57,457 bases of DNA from Elusimicrobia bacterium LH_S2 (GCA_023660015.1 JAGXOG010000002.1:1-57457); one strand, 5' to 3'. Counted from the stretch's first letter, positions 9,537 to 18,190 are shown. Numbers and translations: made by a program. The notes: generated from the letters alone by a model not told the origin.

Positions 9537-10957
9537 AAGTATTAATTGCCAATCCCCCGTGGGAAAATGATATCGGGTACGGTTGTCGAAGTAATACAAG
9601 ATGGCCGCATATAAGAAAAGATAAATATTTGATTTTCCCTATATATATAGCTTATGCAGCCGCAGTATTGGAAAAAGAAGGTATTGAAGTTTCGGTAATT
9701 GATGCAGTTGCTGAAGAATATGACTCTGAGGCTTTTAAAGAAGCCGTAAAAAACGAAAAGCCTGATTTATGTTTTATAGAAACATCAACTCCTACAATAT
9801 ATCAGGATATTAATAATGCTTCCATTATAAAGGGACTAGATGATATTGAAGTTTATCTTTTTGGGACTCATGCCACTATATATCATATGGAAATACTTGG
9901 AAAATATGATTTTATCGATGGTGTTTTGAGAAGAGAATTTGAATATACGATAAGGGATATAGGTAAAGGTAGGCCGCTTCAGGAAGTTGAGGGGTTATCT
10001 TACAGGGATAACGGTGAGATAAAAATCAATAAAGACCGACCTCCCATAATGAACTTGGACGAGCTACCATTTCCTGCCTGGCATCTGTTTAATATGGAAT
10101 ATTATGAGAGCCATCTTTATAAGTCTCCGTCTGCATGGGTAATAACATCAAGAGGATGTCCTTTCCAATGCACATACTGCATGTGGCCTGATATTATGTA
10201 CGGGCATAAACAGAGATACAGGTCGGCAGAAAATATTTGTGATGAAATGGAAACTTTGATTAAACAATTCGGGGTCAGGGAAATCAGACTTGATGATGAT
10301 ACTTTTGCCTTGAATCCAAAACATGTAATTAATTTATGCAATGAGATTGAAAGGCGCGGAATAAATAGAAAAATCGGATGGACATGTTTTGGTCATGCTT
10401 CCCAGAGTAATGAGGAAATATATAAAAGGCTTTCAGAAACCGGTTGTTTTAAAATTGATTTCGGTATTGAATCGGGGTCCCCTAAAGTGCTTAAAGATAT
10501 AAAAAAAAGTCTTGATCCGGATAAGGCAAGAAATACTGTTAAAATTTGTAAAAAGTATGGGTTAGAAGTATATTGTGACTTCATGATAGGTTTTCCTCAT
10601 GAAACAGAGGATGATATTAATATGAGTATAGACTTGGCAAAGTCACTGGATTGTGATTATATTCAGGTCAGTTATGTGATTCCTTATCCCGGAACAAGAA
10701 TGTATGCAGACGGTGTAAAGGAAGGATTTTTGAAGTATCCTTATGACTGGGAGAAGTATGCTGCTTGTGAACCAATGATTAGCAGTGGAAATATAGATAT
10801 TGAAAAGCTTCAGAAAATATACAGAAAGTTTTGGATCAGTTTTTATTTAAGACCAAAGTTGATCTTCAGGAAATTTATAAAAGCAATGAGTTCTTTTGAT
10901 GAATTCAAAAGGATAAGCGGAGGATTTATTTCATTTATGAAAAGGTTTATATTATGA
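9533..10957 (+). CDS. B12-binding-domain radical SAM enzyme (class B rSAM)
   Basis: N-terminal Rossmann-like B12-type domain ('MKVLIANPPW...PDLCFIETSTPT') plus the CxxxCxxC motif 'CPFQCTYC' at nt 10157-10180. ATGA overlaps on both sides. Confidence 0.85.
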   Translation: MKVLIANPPWENDIGYGCRSNTRWPHIRKDKYLIFPIYIAYAAAVLEKEGIEVSVIDAVAEEYDSEAFKEAVKNEKPDLCFIETSTPTIYQDINNASIIKGLDDIEVYLFGTHATIYHMEILGKYDFIDGVLRREFEYTIRDIGKGRPLQEVEGLSYRDNGEIKINKDRPPIMNLDELPFPAWHLFNMEYYESHLYKSPSAWVITSRGCPFQCTYCMWPDIMYGHKQRYRSAENICDEMETLIKQFGVREIRLDDDTFALNPKHVINLCNEIERRGINRKIGWTCFGHASQSNEEIYKRLSETGCFKIDFGIESGSPKVLKDIKKSLDPDKARNTVKICKKYGLEVYCDFMIGFPHETEDDINMSIDLAKSLDCDYIQVSYVIPYPGTRMYADGVKEGFLKYPYDWEKYAACEPMISSGNIDIEKLQKIYRKFWISFYLRPKLIFRKFIKAMSSFDEFKRISGGFISFMKRFIL

Positions 10958-12132
10958 AAATATGTGTTGTTATAGCATGGAGTTTTGAAGTACTGGACGG
11001 TTCTACTTGGAGAGTCTATTTTTTATTGAAAGAGCTTATTGATAGAGGGCATGATGTTATTGTTCTCCATGCATCAGAAGCTGGTGCAGATTATACTGAA
11101 AAAAACTTTGGATGCAGGACAGCCAGTGCAGGTGTTGAAATAAACAGGTGGGATTCTTATAAGAAAAAAATAGTAAGTTATATGAAGTTCGTAATAAGGG
11201 CTTCAAAGATAGTGAGAAAAATGGATTGCGATAAAGTGTTTGGAATAAGCCTTGTTAATTCACTACCTGCGATAAAACATAGAAAAGCGGAAAAAATAAT
11301 AATGTTTGTCGATTTTATGAGTAATTATTTCAAGTATGCGCATAAAGACGGTATGATCAATAATATACTTTATATGACAAGTCGTTTCTTGGAGCGCTAT
11401 GCGGTAAAAAAATCCGATAAGTGTATTATAATAACCGAAGCGCTAAAGGAAATACTGCCGCCCGAGTTATGGGCAAAGACCGAGATAATACCGGATGGTG
11501 CGGACACGCAGTATTTCCGTCCCGGAAAAGGCGGAGATGAAGTCAGAAAGAAGTACGGCGTAAGGCCCGGGGATTACGTCATAGGTTACCAGGGAGGCAT
11601 AGAGTCTCATGATGGACTGCAGTTCCTTGCCCGGGTCTCTCCCATGATAATAAAAGATATTCCCGGTGCCAGGTTCCTTATCGCCGGCCGGGGTAGCTAT
11701 CTTGATGAGATCATCGCTATACTAAAAGATAATGGGACTTATGACAGCTATATTTTCACTGGGTGGCTCGATAGTTCCGAGATGCCGGGTATCATGTCCA
11801 TAACCGATCTAAACGTGGTACCGATACCGAATCATCCTGCGACAGCCCCCCTGATCACTTTCAGGTTGTTAGAGAGCATGGCAGCCGGCGTCAGTGTTAT
11901 AGTAAATGATCTTCCCGGGATAAGGGAGGTTGCTGATGAAACGATGGTGTTTTTTTCTAATATCGAAAATCGTGAGAAATTTTGTAATGATATAGTCAGA
12001 ATTGCAAATATGCCGACGGATAAAATTGAAGAAGTGAAGAGAAAAGCAAGAGAAAAGATAGAAACTTTGGACTGGAGGCAGATTGCTTCAAGAGATGCGG
12101 ATGTTATTGAAAAAGGTAGTAGTAGAAAATGA
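10954..12132 (+). CDS. GT4 family glycosyltransferase
   Basis: 392 aa with a C-terminal GT-B donor domain carrying 'FRLLESMAAGVSVIVNDLPGIREV'. Confidence 0.85.
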   Translation: MKICVVIAWSFEVLDGSTWRVYFLLKELIDRGHDVIVLHASEAGADYTEKNFGCRTASAGVEINRWDSYKKKIVSYMKFVIRASKIVRKMDCDKVFGISLVNSLPAIKHRKAEKIIMFVDFMSNYFKYAHKDGMINNILYMTSRFLERYAVKKSDKCIIITEALKEILPPELWAKTEIIPDGADTQYFRPGKGGDEVRKKYGVRPGDYVIGYQGGIESHDGLQFLARVSPMIIKDIPGARFLIAGRGSYLDEIIAILKDNGTYDSYIFTGWLDSSEMPGIMSITDLNVVPIPNHPATAPLITFRLLESMAAGVSVIVNDLPGIREVADETMVFFSNIENREKFCNDIVRIANMPTDKIEEVKRKAREKIETLDWRQIASRDADVIEKGSSRK

Positions 12133-12710
12133 ATCTTTTTTCAGTAATAAAAAACAGGCATAAATTATACAAGAAAAAAAATACTAGGAGAAAATTATAT
12201 AAGAAAGTGATTAAAGTTAATTCAGTTGGTGTGGAAGTAGGAGTTTGGAGAGGGGTTAATGCAAAATTACTTTTAGAAAACTCTCCGAAGAGACTTTAAC
12301 TTATTGATCCTTATATTACTCAAGCTGATAAAGTAGCATATAGTAATCAGAAAGGAAATATACCGCAGTGGTACTTTAATATCATATACTTTTTTTTATT
12401 TTTGAAAACTTTTAATGATAAAAGAGTAGTTATTTTGAGGCTTAATTCAATCGAAGCTTCTAAATTATTTAAGGATAATTCACTGAATTTTGCGTATATT
12501 GACGGTGCGCATTATTACGAAGCGGTAAAGCAGGATTTGAAGTGTTGGTATCCAAAAATCGCAGGGGGGGGGATGCTTTTAGGAGATGATTATGTTAAAG
12601 ATAAAAAGAGAAATTTTGGTGTTATAAAAGCTGTTAATGAATTCACAAAAATTAACGGATTTGATTTAAAAATTTATGAAGATGGACAGTGGATAATATT
12701 TAAATGTTAG
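12129..12710 (+). pseudogene. class I SAM-dependent methyltransferase (Methyltransf_24-like) interrupted by a single in-frame TAA
   Basis: ATG at 12129 (ATGA overlap with the GT4) gives 56 codons including SAM motif I 'VEVGVWRG'. TAA follows at 12297-12299 ('KRL*LIDPY'). The same frame then continues into track ORF 12402..12710 ('FAYIDGAHYYEAV...GGGMLLGDDY'). Confidence 0.55.
12564..12572 (+). repeat. G9 homopolymer inside the methyltransferase reading frame
   Basis: 'gcaggggggggggatg' encodes Gly-Gly-Gly as three GGG codons within an otherwise AT-rich gene. Confidence 0.8.
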
Positions 12711-12712
12711 TA

Positions 12713-13711
12713 TTATTTAAGCCAGCTTGGCGGTAAATTTTTCCTGATTTCAATATTGTCAAATTCTTTGCTTGTTTTTGAACCTGTCTTTTTTGCCCAT
12801 TCGGCCATTATTTGTAAACCTTCTTCAAAAGAATATTTTGGTTTGTAATTAAATACTTCTTTTTGTTTCGAGTGGTCGGAATAAGCGTGTTTTACCTCGT
12901 TTCTTTCTTCTATGTGTACAATTTCTGTGTCTTCTACGCCCATCGCTTTTTTAACTTCTTTTGCTAAATGATTTACCGTATAATTAATATCTGCACCTAC
13001 ATTAAAGATGTCATTATAAGCTCCTTTAATAAAAGGTGATTTTGCTATTAATGGAGCAATGTCTTTAATATAGGAAAAAGCCCGGGTCTGTTCTCCGTCT
13101 CCGAAAATTGTAAGCGGTTGTTCGGACATAATCTGGTTCATGAATATACCTATTACATTTCTGTATTTATCTCCAATATTCTGTTTTTCCCCGTAAACAT
13201 TATGAGGTCTGAATATAATATAGTCCAGGTCAAACATGTTTTTTGATGCTTTAAGTTCCATTTCCACACTGTACTTTGCTATTCCATAAGAATCTTCAGG
13301 CTGGGGTGTTAAGTCTTCGGTCATTGGAAGCTGATTTTTCCCGTAAACAGCTATTGAAGAAGTAAATACAAAACATTTGATATCATAGTTTACAGATGCA
13401 TTTATAAGATTGATGCTACCTATGACATTATTTTCATAATTAAATTTTTTAATAAAGTGGCTCAATCCTTCAGCTGCGTAAGCTGCCAAATGGTAGACAT
13501 AATCGATCTCATACTTTTTAAAAACTGATTTTATTAGTTCTGCATCCGTTACGCTTCCTTCAATGAACTCGGCTTTTTCATTTATATTTTTTTTGAATCC
13601 GCCGCTTAGATCATCAAGTACTATTACATTAAGCCCCTGGCTTATAACTTCATTGGCTACATGTGAGCCGATAAAACCTGCGCCACCTGTTATTAAAGCT
13701 GTTCCACTCAT
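12713..13711 (-). CDS. NAD-dependent nucleotide-sugar epimerase/dehydratase (SDR, UDP-glucose 4-epimerase-like)
   Basis: 'ALITGGAGFIGSH' and YxxxK ('YGIAKYS'). I place the start at the internal Met 'MSGTAL', preceded by AAGGAGG, rather than the track's TTG at 13750. This is the only convincing minus-strand gene. Confidence 0.9.
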   Translation of the reverse strand: MSGTALITGGAGFIGSHVANEVISQGLNVIVLDDLSGGFKKNINEKAEFIEGSVTDAELIKSVFKKYEIDYVYHLAAYAAEGLSHFIKKFNYENNVIGSINLINASVNYDIKCFVFTSSIAVYGKNQLPMTEDLTPQPEDSYGIAKYSVEMELKASKNMFDLDYIIFRPHNVYGEKQNIGDKYRNVIGIFMNQIMSEQPLTIFGDGEQTRAFSYIKDIAPLIAKSPFIKGAYNDIFNVGADINYTVNHLAKEVKKAMGVEDTEIVHIEERNEVKHAYSDHSKQKEVFNYKPKYSFEEGLQIMAEWAKKTGSKTSKEFDNIEIRKNLPPSWLK

Positions 13712-13906
13712 TGAAACCTCCTTCTTTATATTTTTGAAATACCAAAGCAAATTTAAGTAGAATGAAAATTAAATGATACTTACTTTGATAAAGTTTCCAT
13801 TCTTAATGTTTTTATCACCATTATATAAAAATAAGCAATCAATTCAACTTAGCGCTCGCACATATTGATAATATAAAATAGTTTCTGGAAAGACTATATC
13901 TGCGGA

Positions 13907-13932
13907 GGCTGAGACAGATAGGTAACACTTTT
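13907..13932. repeat. left inverted repeat of the IS remnant
   Basis: 'ggctgagacagATAGGTAACACTTTT'. The 15-nt core (13918-13932) is the exact reverse complement of 14975-14989, and the outer 'ggctga' also matches. Confidence 0.7.
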
Positions 13933-13969
13933 GGTATAACTAATAATTTTATAAAAGATACCAAAGGAG

Positions 13970-15014
13970 TTGCCAATAAACAAGCAAGTAAAGCCGAAAA
14001 CAAAATATGATGAATGGCGGGAAATAGCCCGGAGATGGGAACTTCCGGTAAAAAGCAGGTTACGTTTAGAATGGATAATATTTTATTACACTATAGCAAA
14101 TGAAAACGCGGCTCAAACCAGCAGGCATTTTGGGATATTGCACAAAACCTTCTATAAATGGTATAATTAATTTAAAAGTGGAAATGAGTATATGAAAGAA
14201 TTACTGGATAGATCAAGATAACCATATATAACAAAAGAAAATGAGGAATAAGTCTAAAGCAGGGAATAAGAATAAAAAAACTTTGCAAAATATATGTATT
14301 ACGGAAAGAAAAAATTGAAAGTATTCTATGAAAAGAAGTATAATGAAAAAATATCTATGTGAAAAATAGAACGTGTTGTAAGGAAATATGAACTCTATCC
14401 GGATCAGCTTAAAGTAGAAAAAATAGCCGGGAAAAGATCCCGGACAAGACAGAATTCCAAGTAGCGGATAACCAAGTTAAAAAAAGAAAATAAGTTATGG
14501 TTCTTACTGCAATTAGACACAATAATAATATATTGGAAAGACGCCAAAAGATATATAACAACAGCAGGGAATCACACAAGTAAGATGGGATATGCAAAAA
14601 TGTATTAAAATAAAAGCTTAAAATCCGTAAAAGATTTTTTATACAGGATGCACTATCTAATAGGTAGACAGATAGACAATATTTAGACAGATAACGGGAT
14701 GGAATTTACGTATTATTAAGAGAACATCAAGGCAATTTGGTATAAACAGATATTTTCCCAGAGTAAAGACGCCGAAAGATAATCCCGAGGTAAAACGATT
14801 TAACCAAATTCTATAATATAAATGGCTGAATAATGATAATTTTGATTTAATCTGCAATAGATTTAATAGGAGATTAATGGATTGGCTGATAGAATATAAT
14901 TTCAATTGACCACATCAGACGCTTGATTATCTAACACCAATAGAGTATATTGAAAATGAGCTTAATCAAAAAGAAAAAGTGTTACCTATGTATTCAGCCA
15001 GCACAGTATTTTGA
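13970..15014 (+). pseudogene. IS481-like DDE transposase pseudogene (at least 12 in-frame stops and at least one frameshift)
   Basis: My manual translation gives an HTH 'RLEWIIFYY...TSRHFGILHKTFYKWYN*'. It then gives 'LWFLLQLDT' (D), 'I*TDNGMEF' (D), 'TPKDNPEVKRFNQIL*' (E, in a shifted frame) and 'WLIEYNFN*PHQTLDYLTPIEY'. Confidence 0.8.
14975..14999. repeat. right inverted repeat of the IS remnant
   Basis: 'AAAAGTGTTACCTATgtattcagcc', whose reverse complement is 'ggctgaatacATAGGTAACACTTTT'. Confidence 0.7.
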
Positions 15015-15062
15015 GAAGGGTTATTATTTATTGTACAATAAAGATATAAATTATAAAATTTA

Positions 15063-16010
15063 ATGATGCAAATTAAAAATAAATTTAAAAAAACAATTAA
15101 ATATATAGGATTTGTTGTCCTTTTTATAGTTTTTTACAGGACGGATTGGTCCGCTTTGTCAAATGCTTTAAAGAATATCAATCTGTTATATTTAATACCT
15201 GTTTATCTGCTTATAATTCCAAAAGATCTATTGCGGGTTTTAAGATGGCATTATTTTTCCGGCAAAATCAATATTAACAGAAAATACTGGGCAAATTTTA
15301 AATTGTATTTTGTTGGCATTCTCGCAGGTGTTATAACCCCCGGGCGAGTAGGGGAGTTTTATAAAGTCGTGAGACTTTCAAAAGAGGGGCATTCTAAAAT
15401 TAAATCTACTTTTTTGGTTGTTGTTGACCGGCTTTTTGATGTTATTCTGATATTAATTCTTGGAGCAGGCGCGATTTATTTTTTTATTAGTTCAGAAATA
15501 ACGGGCATGAAAAATATTGGTATTTTATTAAGCATATTAATTGTCTTAATTATATCGTTCTTACTTATGATTTTTAAATTCGGAAATCAGACAGCCAATA
15601 TTGCGGAAAAAGTGGTAAATAAACTTTTTAATATAAAGTTGGATGAATCAAGAACTGCTGAAATACTGAGCTCTTTAAATTTAGTCACATTATTAAAAAT
15701 TTTTCTGCTTACAGTTCTTTTCTGGCTGATTTATTTTTACCAATTATATATGATAGCGGGTATACTTGGTATAAATCTGCCTTTTATTGATATGCTGTTT
15801 GTTTTTTCTTTTGTTTCGATGGTGTCGGCACTTCCAATTTCTTTTATAGGATTAGGCACCAGGGAATTTACTATGATAAAGCTGCTTTCTATTTATGGGA
15901 TAGCTGCCGAAAAGAGTTTAGCTCTTTCTTTAATGACCTATACGATAATTATGGTAAATATGATTTTGGCTTCATACTTATGGTACGGTGAACATAAAAA
16001 ATATGAGTAA
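15063..16010 (+). CDS. flippase-like membrane protein (LPG-synthase TM region / UPF0104 family), second copy
   Basis: 315 aa and polytopic. 'TPGRVGEFYKV' loop follows TM3, and the architecture matches 8604..9536. Confidence 0.6.
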   Translation: MMQIKNKFKKTIKYIGFVVLFIVFYRTDWSALSNALKNINLLYLIPVYLLIIPKDLLRVLRWHYFSGKININRKYWANFKLYFVGILAGVITPGRVGEFYKVVRLSKEGHSKIKSTFLVVVDRLFDVILILILGAGAIYFFISSEITGMKNIGILLSILIVLIISFLLMIFKFGNQTANIAEKVVNKLFNIKLDESRTAEILSSLNLVTLLKIFLLTVLFWLIYFYQLYMIAGILGINLPFIDMLFVFSFVSMVSALPISFIGLGTREFTMIKLLSIYGIAAEKSLALSLMTYTIIMVNMILASYLWYGEHKKYE

Positions 16011-17121
16011 AAAGATACTTTTTGTTCTTGACTGTCTAAAGATTGGTGGCGCACAGAGAATGTTCGTTAATATATTAAATAGCATTGAGAAAGATAGATA
16101 TAAGCTTGAACTTGTTCTTATTAATGGCTCCGGCAGTTTTTATGATCTGCTTCCTACCCATGTTAAGGTTTATGATTTAAAATGCAAAGCAGCCAAATAT
16201 GCCTTGCTCAAGTTAGTGGGAGTTATAAAAATAAGCAAACCAGATCTGGTCCTGAGTACGCTTACATATATTAATGAAATAACAGCTTTAGCTTTATTAT
16301 TCATCAAAGATGCCCCACCTCAAATTATGAGAAGCGCTATACTTGAGTCAGCAAATGAAAAGACAGAAGGTTTCATTGCGAGAAAACTCTTAAGTCCATC
16401 TTACCGAAAAGCTGCTCATATTATTGCTCTTACAAAAGTAATGAGGGAGGATCTTATTGAAAATTACCATCTTAATACCTGTAAGATTACTGTAATACCT
16501 AATATGGTTGATGTTGAATATGTTCAGAAGAAAAGTTCAGAGCCGGTAAACGAAGAATTTTTTGGCAAGAAAGCTAATGTTCCGGTAATTACAGCAATGG
16601 GACGTTTGTCCGAGCAAAAAGGTTTTGAATATCTTCTGCAGGCCTTGAAAAAGGTCAACAACAGATACCGGGCAAGACTTGCAGTTTTTGGAGAAGGGAA
16701 ACTGAGAAGCAAGTTTGAGGGAATGGTAAAAACGCTTAATCTTGAAAATGATGTATGGTTTGCGGGCTTGAAAGAGAACCCTTATAAATACATAGCAAAA
16801 AGTGATATTTTTGTATTATCTTCACTATGGGAAGGTTTCCCTAACGCTCTTATAGAAGCCATGGCTTGCGGAACCGCGGTCGTATCCACTAATTGTTCGT
16901 CGGGCCCTTCAGAAATTATTACCCCCGGGCTGGACGGTCTGCTCGTTCCTGTAAAGGATGTTAAAGAAATGGCTGGGGCAATGGCGAGGCTGGTAAATAA
17001 CCGCACCCTTAGAGTGAGCATAACGGAAAATGCGGTCGAAACTGTTAAAAAATATTCTCCGAAGAATATAATAAGTCGATATAAACAAGTATTTAATAAT
17101 ATAGGGAAATCCGGTAAATGA
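16003..17121 (+). CDS. GT4 family glycosyltransferase
   Basis: 'KILFVLDCLKIGGAQR' and 'EGFPNALIEAMACGTAVVSTNCSSGPSEII'. ATG at 16003 is preferred to the track's GTG at 15988. Confidence 0.85.
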   Translation: MSKKILFVLDCLKIGGAQRMFVNILNSIEKDRYKLELVLINGSGSFYDLLPTHVKVYDLKCKAAKYALLKLVGVIKISKPDLVLSTLTYINEITALALLFIKDAPPQIMRSAILESANEKTEGFIARKLLSPSYRKAAHIIALTKVMREDLIENYHLNTCKITVIPNMVDVEYVQKKSSEPVNEEFFGKKANVPVITAMGRLSEQKGFEYLLQALKKVNNRYRARLAVFGEGKLRSKFEGMVKTLNLENDVWFAGLKENPYKYIAKSDIFVLSSLWEGFPNALIEAMACGTAVVSTNCSSGPSEIITPGLDGLLVPVKDVKEMAGAMARLVNNRTLRVSITENAVETVKKYSPKNIISRYKQVFNNIGKSGK

Positions 17122-18158
17122 AAAGTAAAATTTTACATTTAATTACCAGTTTAAAAGTCGGGGGTACGGAGAAATATGTCGAAGATATTGTTTCGTCGGA
17201 TAAAGAAAAATTTCAGCATACCGTCGCTTATATTAAAGAATTCGGAAAAACGGGGGAAAGGGTTAAAGAATCCGGAGTCGAAGTAGTATGTCTTTCTTCA
17301 ATTTTTAAGATAATCAAGTATATAAAAAAATATTCTCCGGACATATTGCATACCCATCTTTACCGTGCCAATATTTTAGGTCGTATTGCCGGTAAGCTTA
17401 CTGCGACCACGGTGGTATCATCCTGTCGAAGCACCGATACGTGGAGAAAATGGTATCATAAAACAGCTAATATGGTTACGGTGCGATTCTGTAAAATGAT
17501 AATAGCTAATTCCAGGAAAGTTAAAGAATTACTGGTTAAGAAAGAAAAAGTTCCTCCTGAAAAAATTAAGGTCAGCTATATCGGTATTTCCGGGGAATGG
17601 TTTAAAGAATCAACAGTTAAGGGGCGTGGGGGCAATACAATAGGTTTTGTAGGAAGGATGCATAATGAAAAAGGGGCCGACTTAATACCACTTTTTGCCG
17701 AAAAGATAAATGCCTTATCCGGTAAAAGAATTGATATTAAAATTGCGGGCGGAGGCGAGCTTGAAGAATATTTACAGAAACACCTTCCCGCTAATGCTCA
17801 TCTGGTAGGATGGAAAGCCGCCAAAGAGCTTATAAGGTTTTATGATTCAATAGACTTGCTTTTTTTGCTCTCCAGGATGGAAAGTATACCCCGGGTAATT
17901 ATTGAGGCCGGAGCCAGAAGGAGGCCTGCCATAGCTCCTGACCTGGGGGGCATAAGTGAGATAATAAAAGACGGGCAGAACGGATTTTTATATCCCCCGG
18001 GCGATATCACCGCCGCGGCAAAAAAAACCGTTGAATATTTCAAGGAACCCTACCCGGCAGTTCCTGAAAATATTTATAAAACAGTATCACAGTTTACTGT
18101 AGAAAAAACTGTTAAAGAAACTTTGCGGATATATGAATCTTTAATAAAGTTTGATTAA
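17118..18158 (+). CDS. GT4 family glycosyltransferase
   Basis: 'ILHLITSLKVGGTE' and 'ESIPRVIIEAGARRRPAIAPDLGGISEII'. ATGA overlap with the upstream gene. Confidence 0.85.
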   Translation: MKSKILHLITSLKVGGTEKYVEDIVSSDKEKFQHTVAYIKEFGKTGERVKESGVEVVCLSSIFKIIKYIKKYSPDILHTHLYRANILGRIAGKLTATTVVSSCRSTDTWRKWYHKTANMVTVRFCKMIIANSRKVKELLVKKEKVPPEKIKVSYIGISGEWFKESTVKGRGGNTIGFVGRMHNEKGADLIPLFAEKINALSGKRIDIKIAGGGELEEYLQKHLPANAHLVGWKAAKELIRFYDSIDLLFLLSRMESIPRVIIEAGARRRPAIAPDLGGISEIIKDGQNGFLYPPGDITAAAKKTVEYFKEPYPAVPENIYKTVSQFTVEKTVKETLRIYESLIKFD

Positions 18159-18190
18159 CCCATTTAAAAAAGATAGAATAATTTAATTTA

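Larger units (their letters stand above)
13907..14999 (+). mobile_element. decayed IS481-like (rve/DDE) insertion sequence, about 1.1 kb, delimited by imperfect terminal inverted repeats
   Basis: IR pair (see the repeat features) flanks a transposase reading frame full of stops. Size and the single-ORF layout fit the IS481 family. Confidence 0.6.

Noticed and set aside
15031-15059. Sigma70-like hexamers, namely TTGTAC-17 nt-TAAAAT upstream of 15063. Similar matches occur at 34077..34105 (TTGACA-17 nt-TAAAAG) upstream of rpmF.
   Set aside because: Such matches are frequent by chance in 20-30% G+C spacers. The first would place the transcription start on top of the start codon. The sigma factor preferences of this lineage are unknown. 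They are therefore not reported as features.
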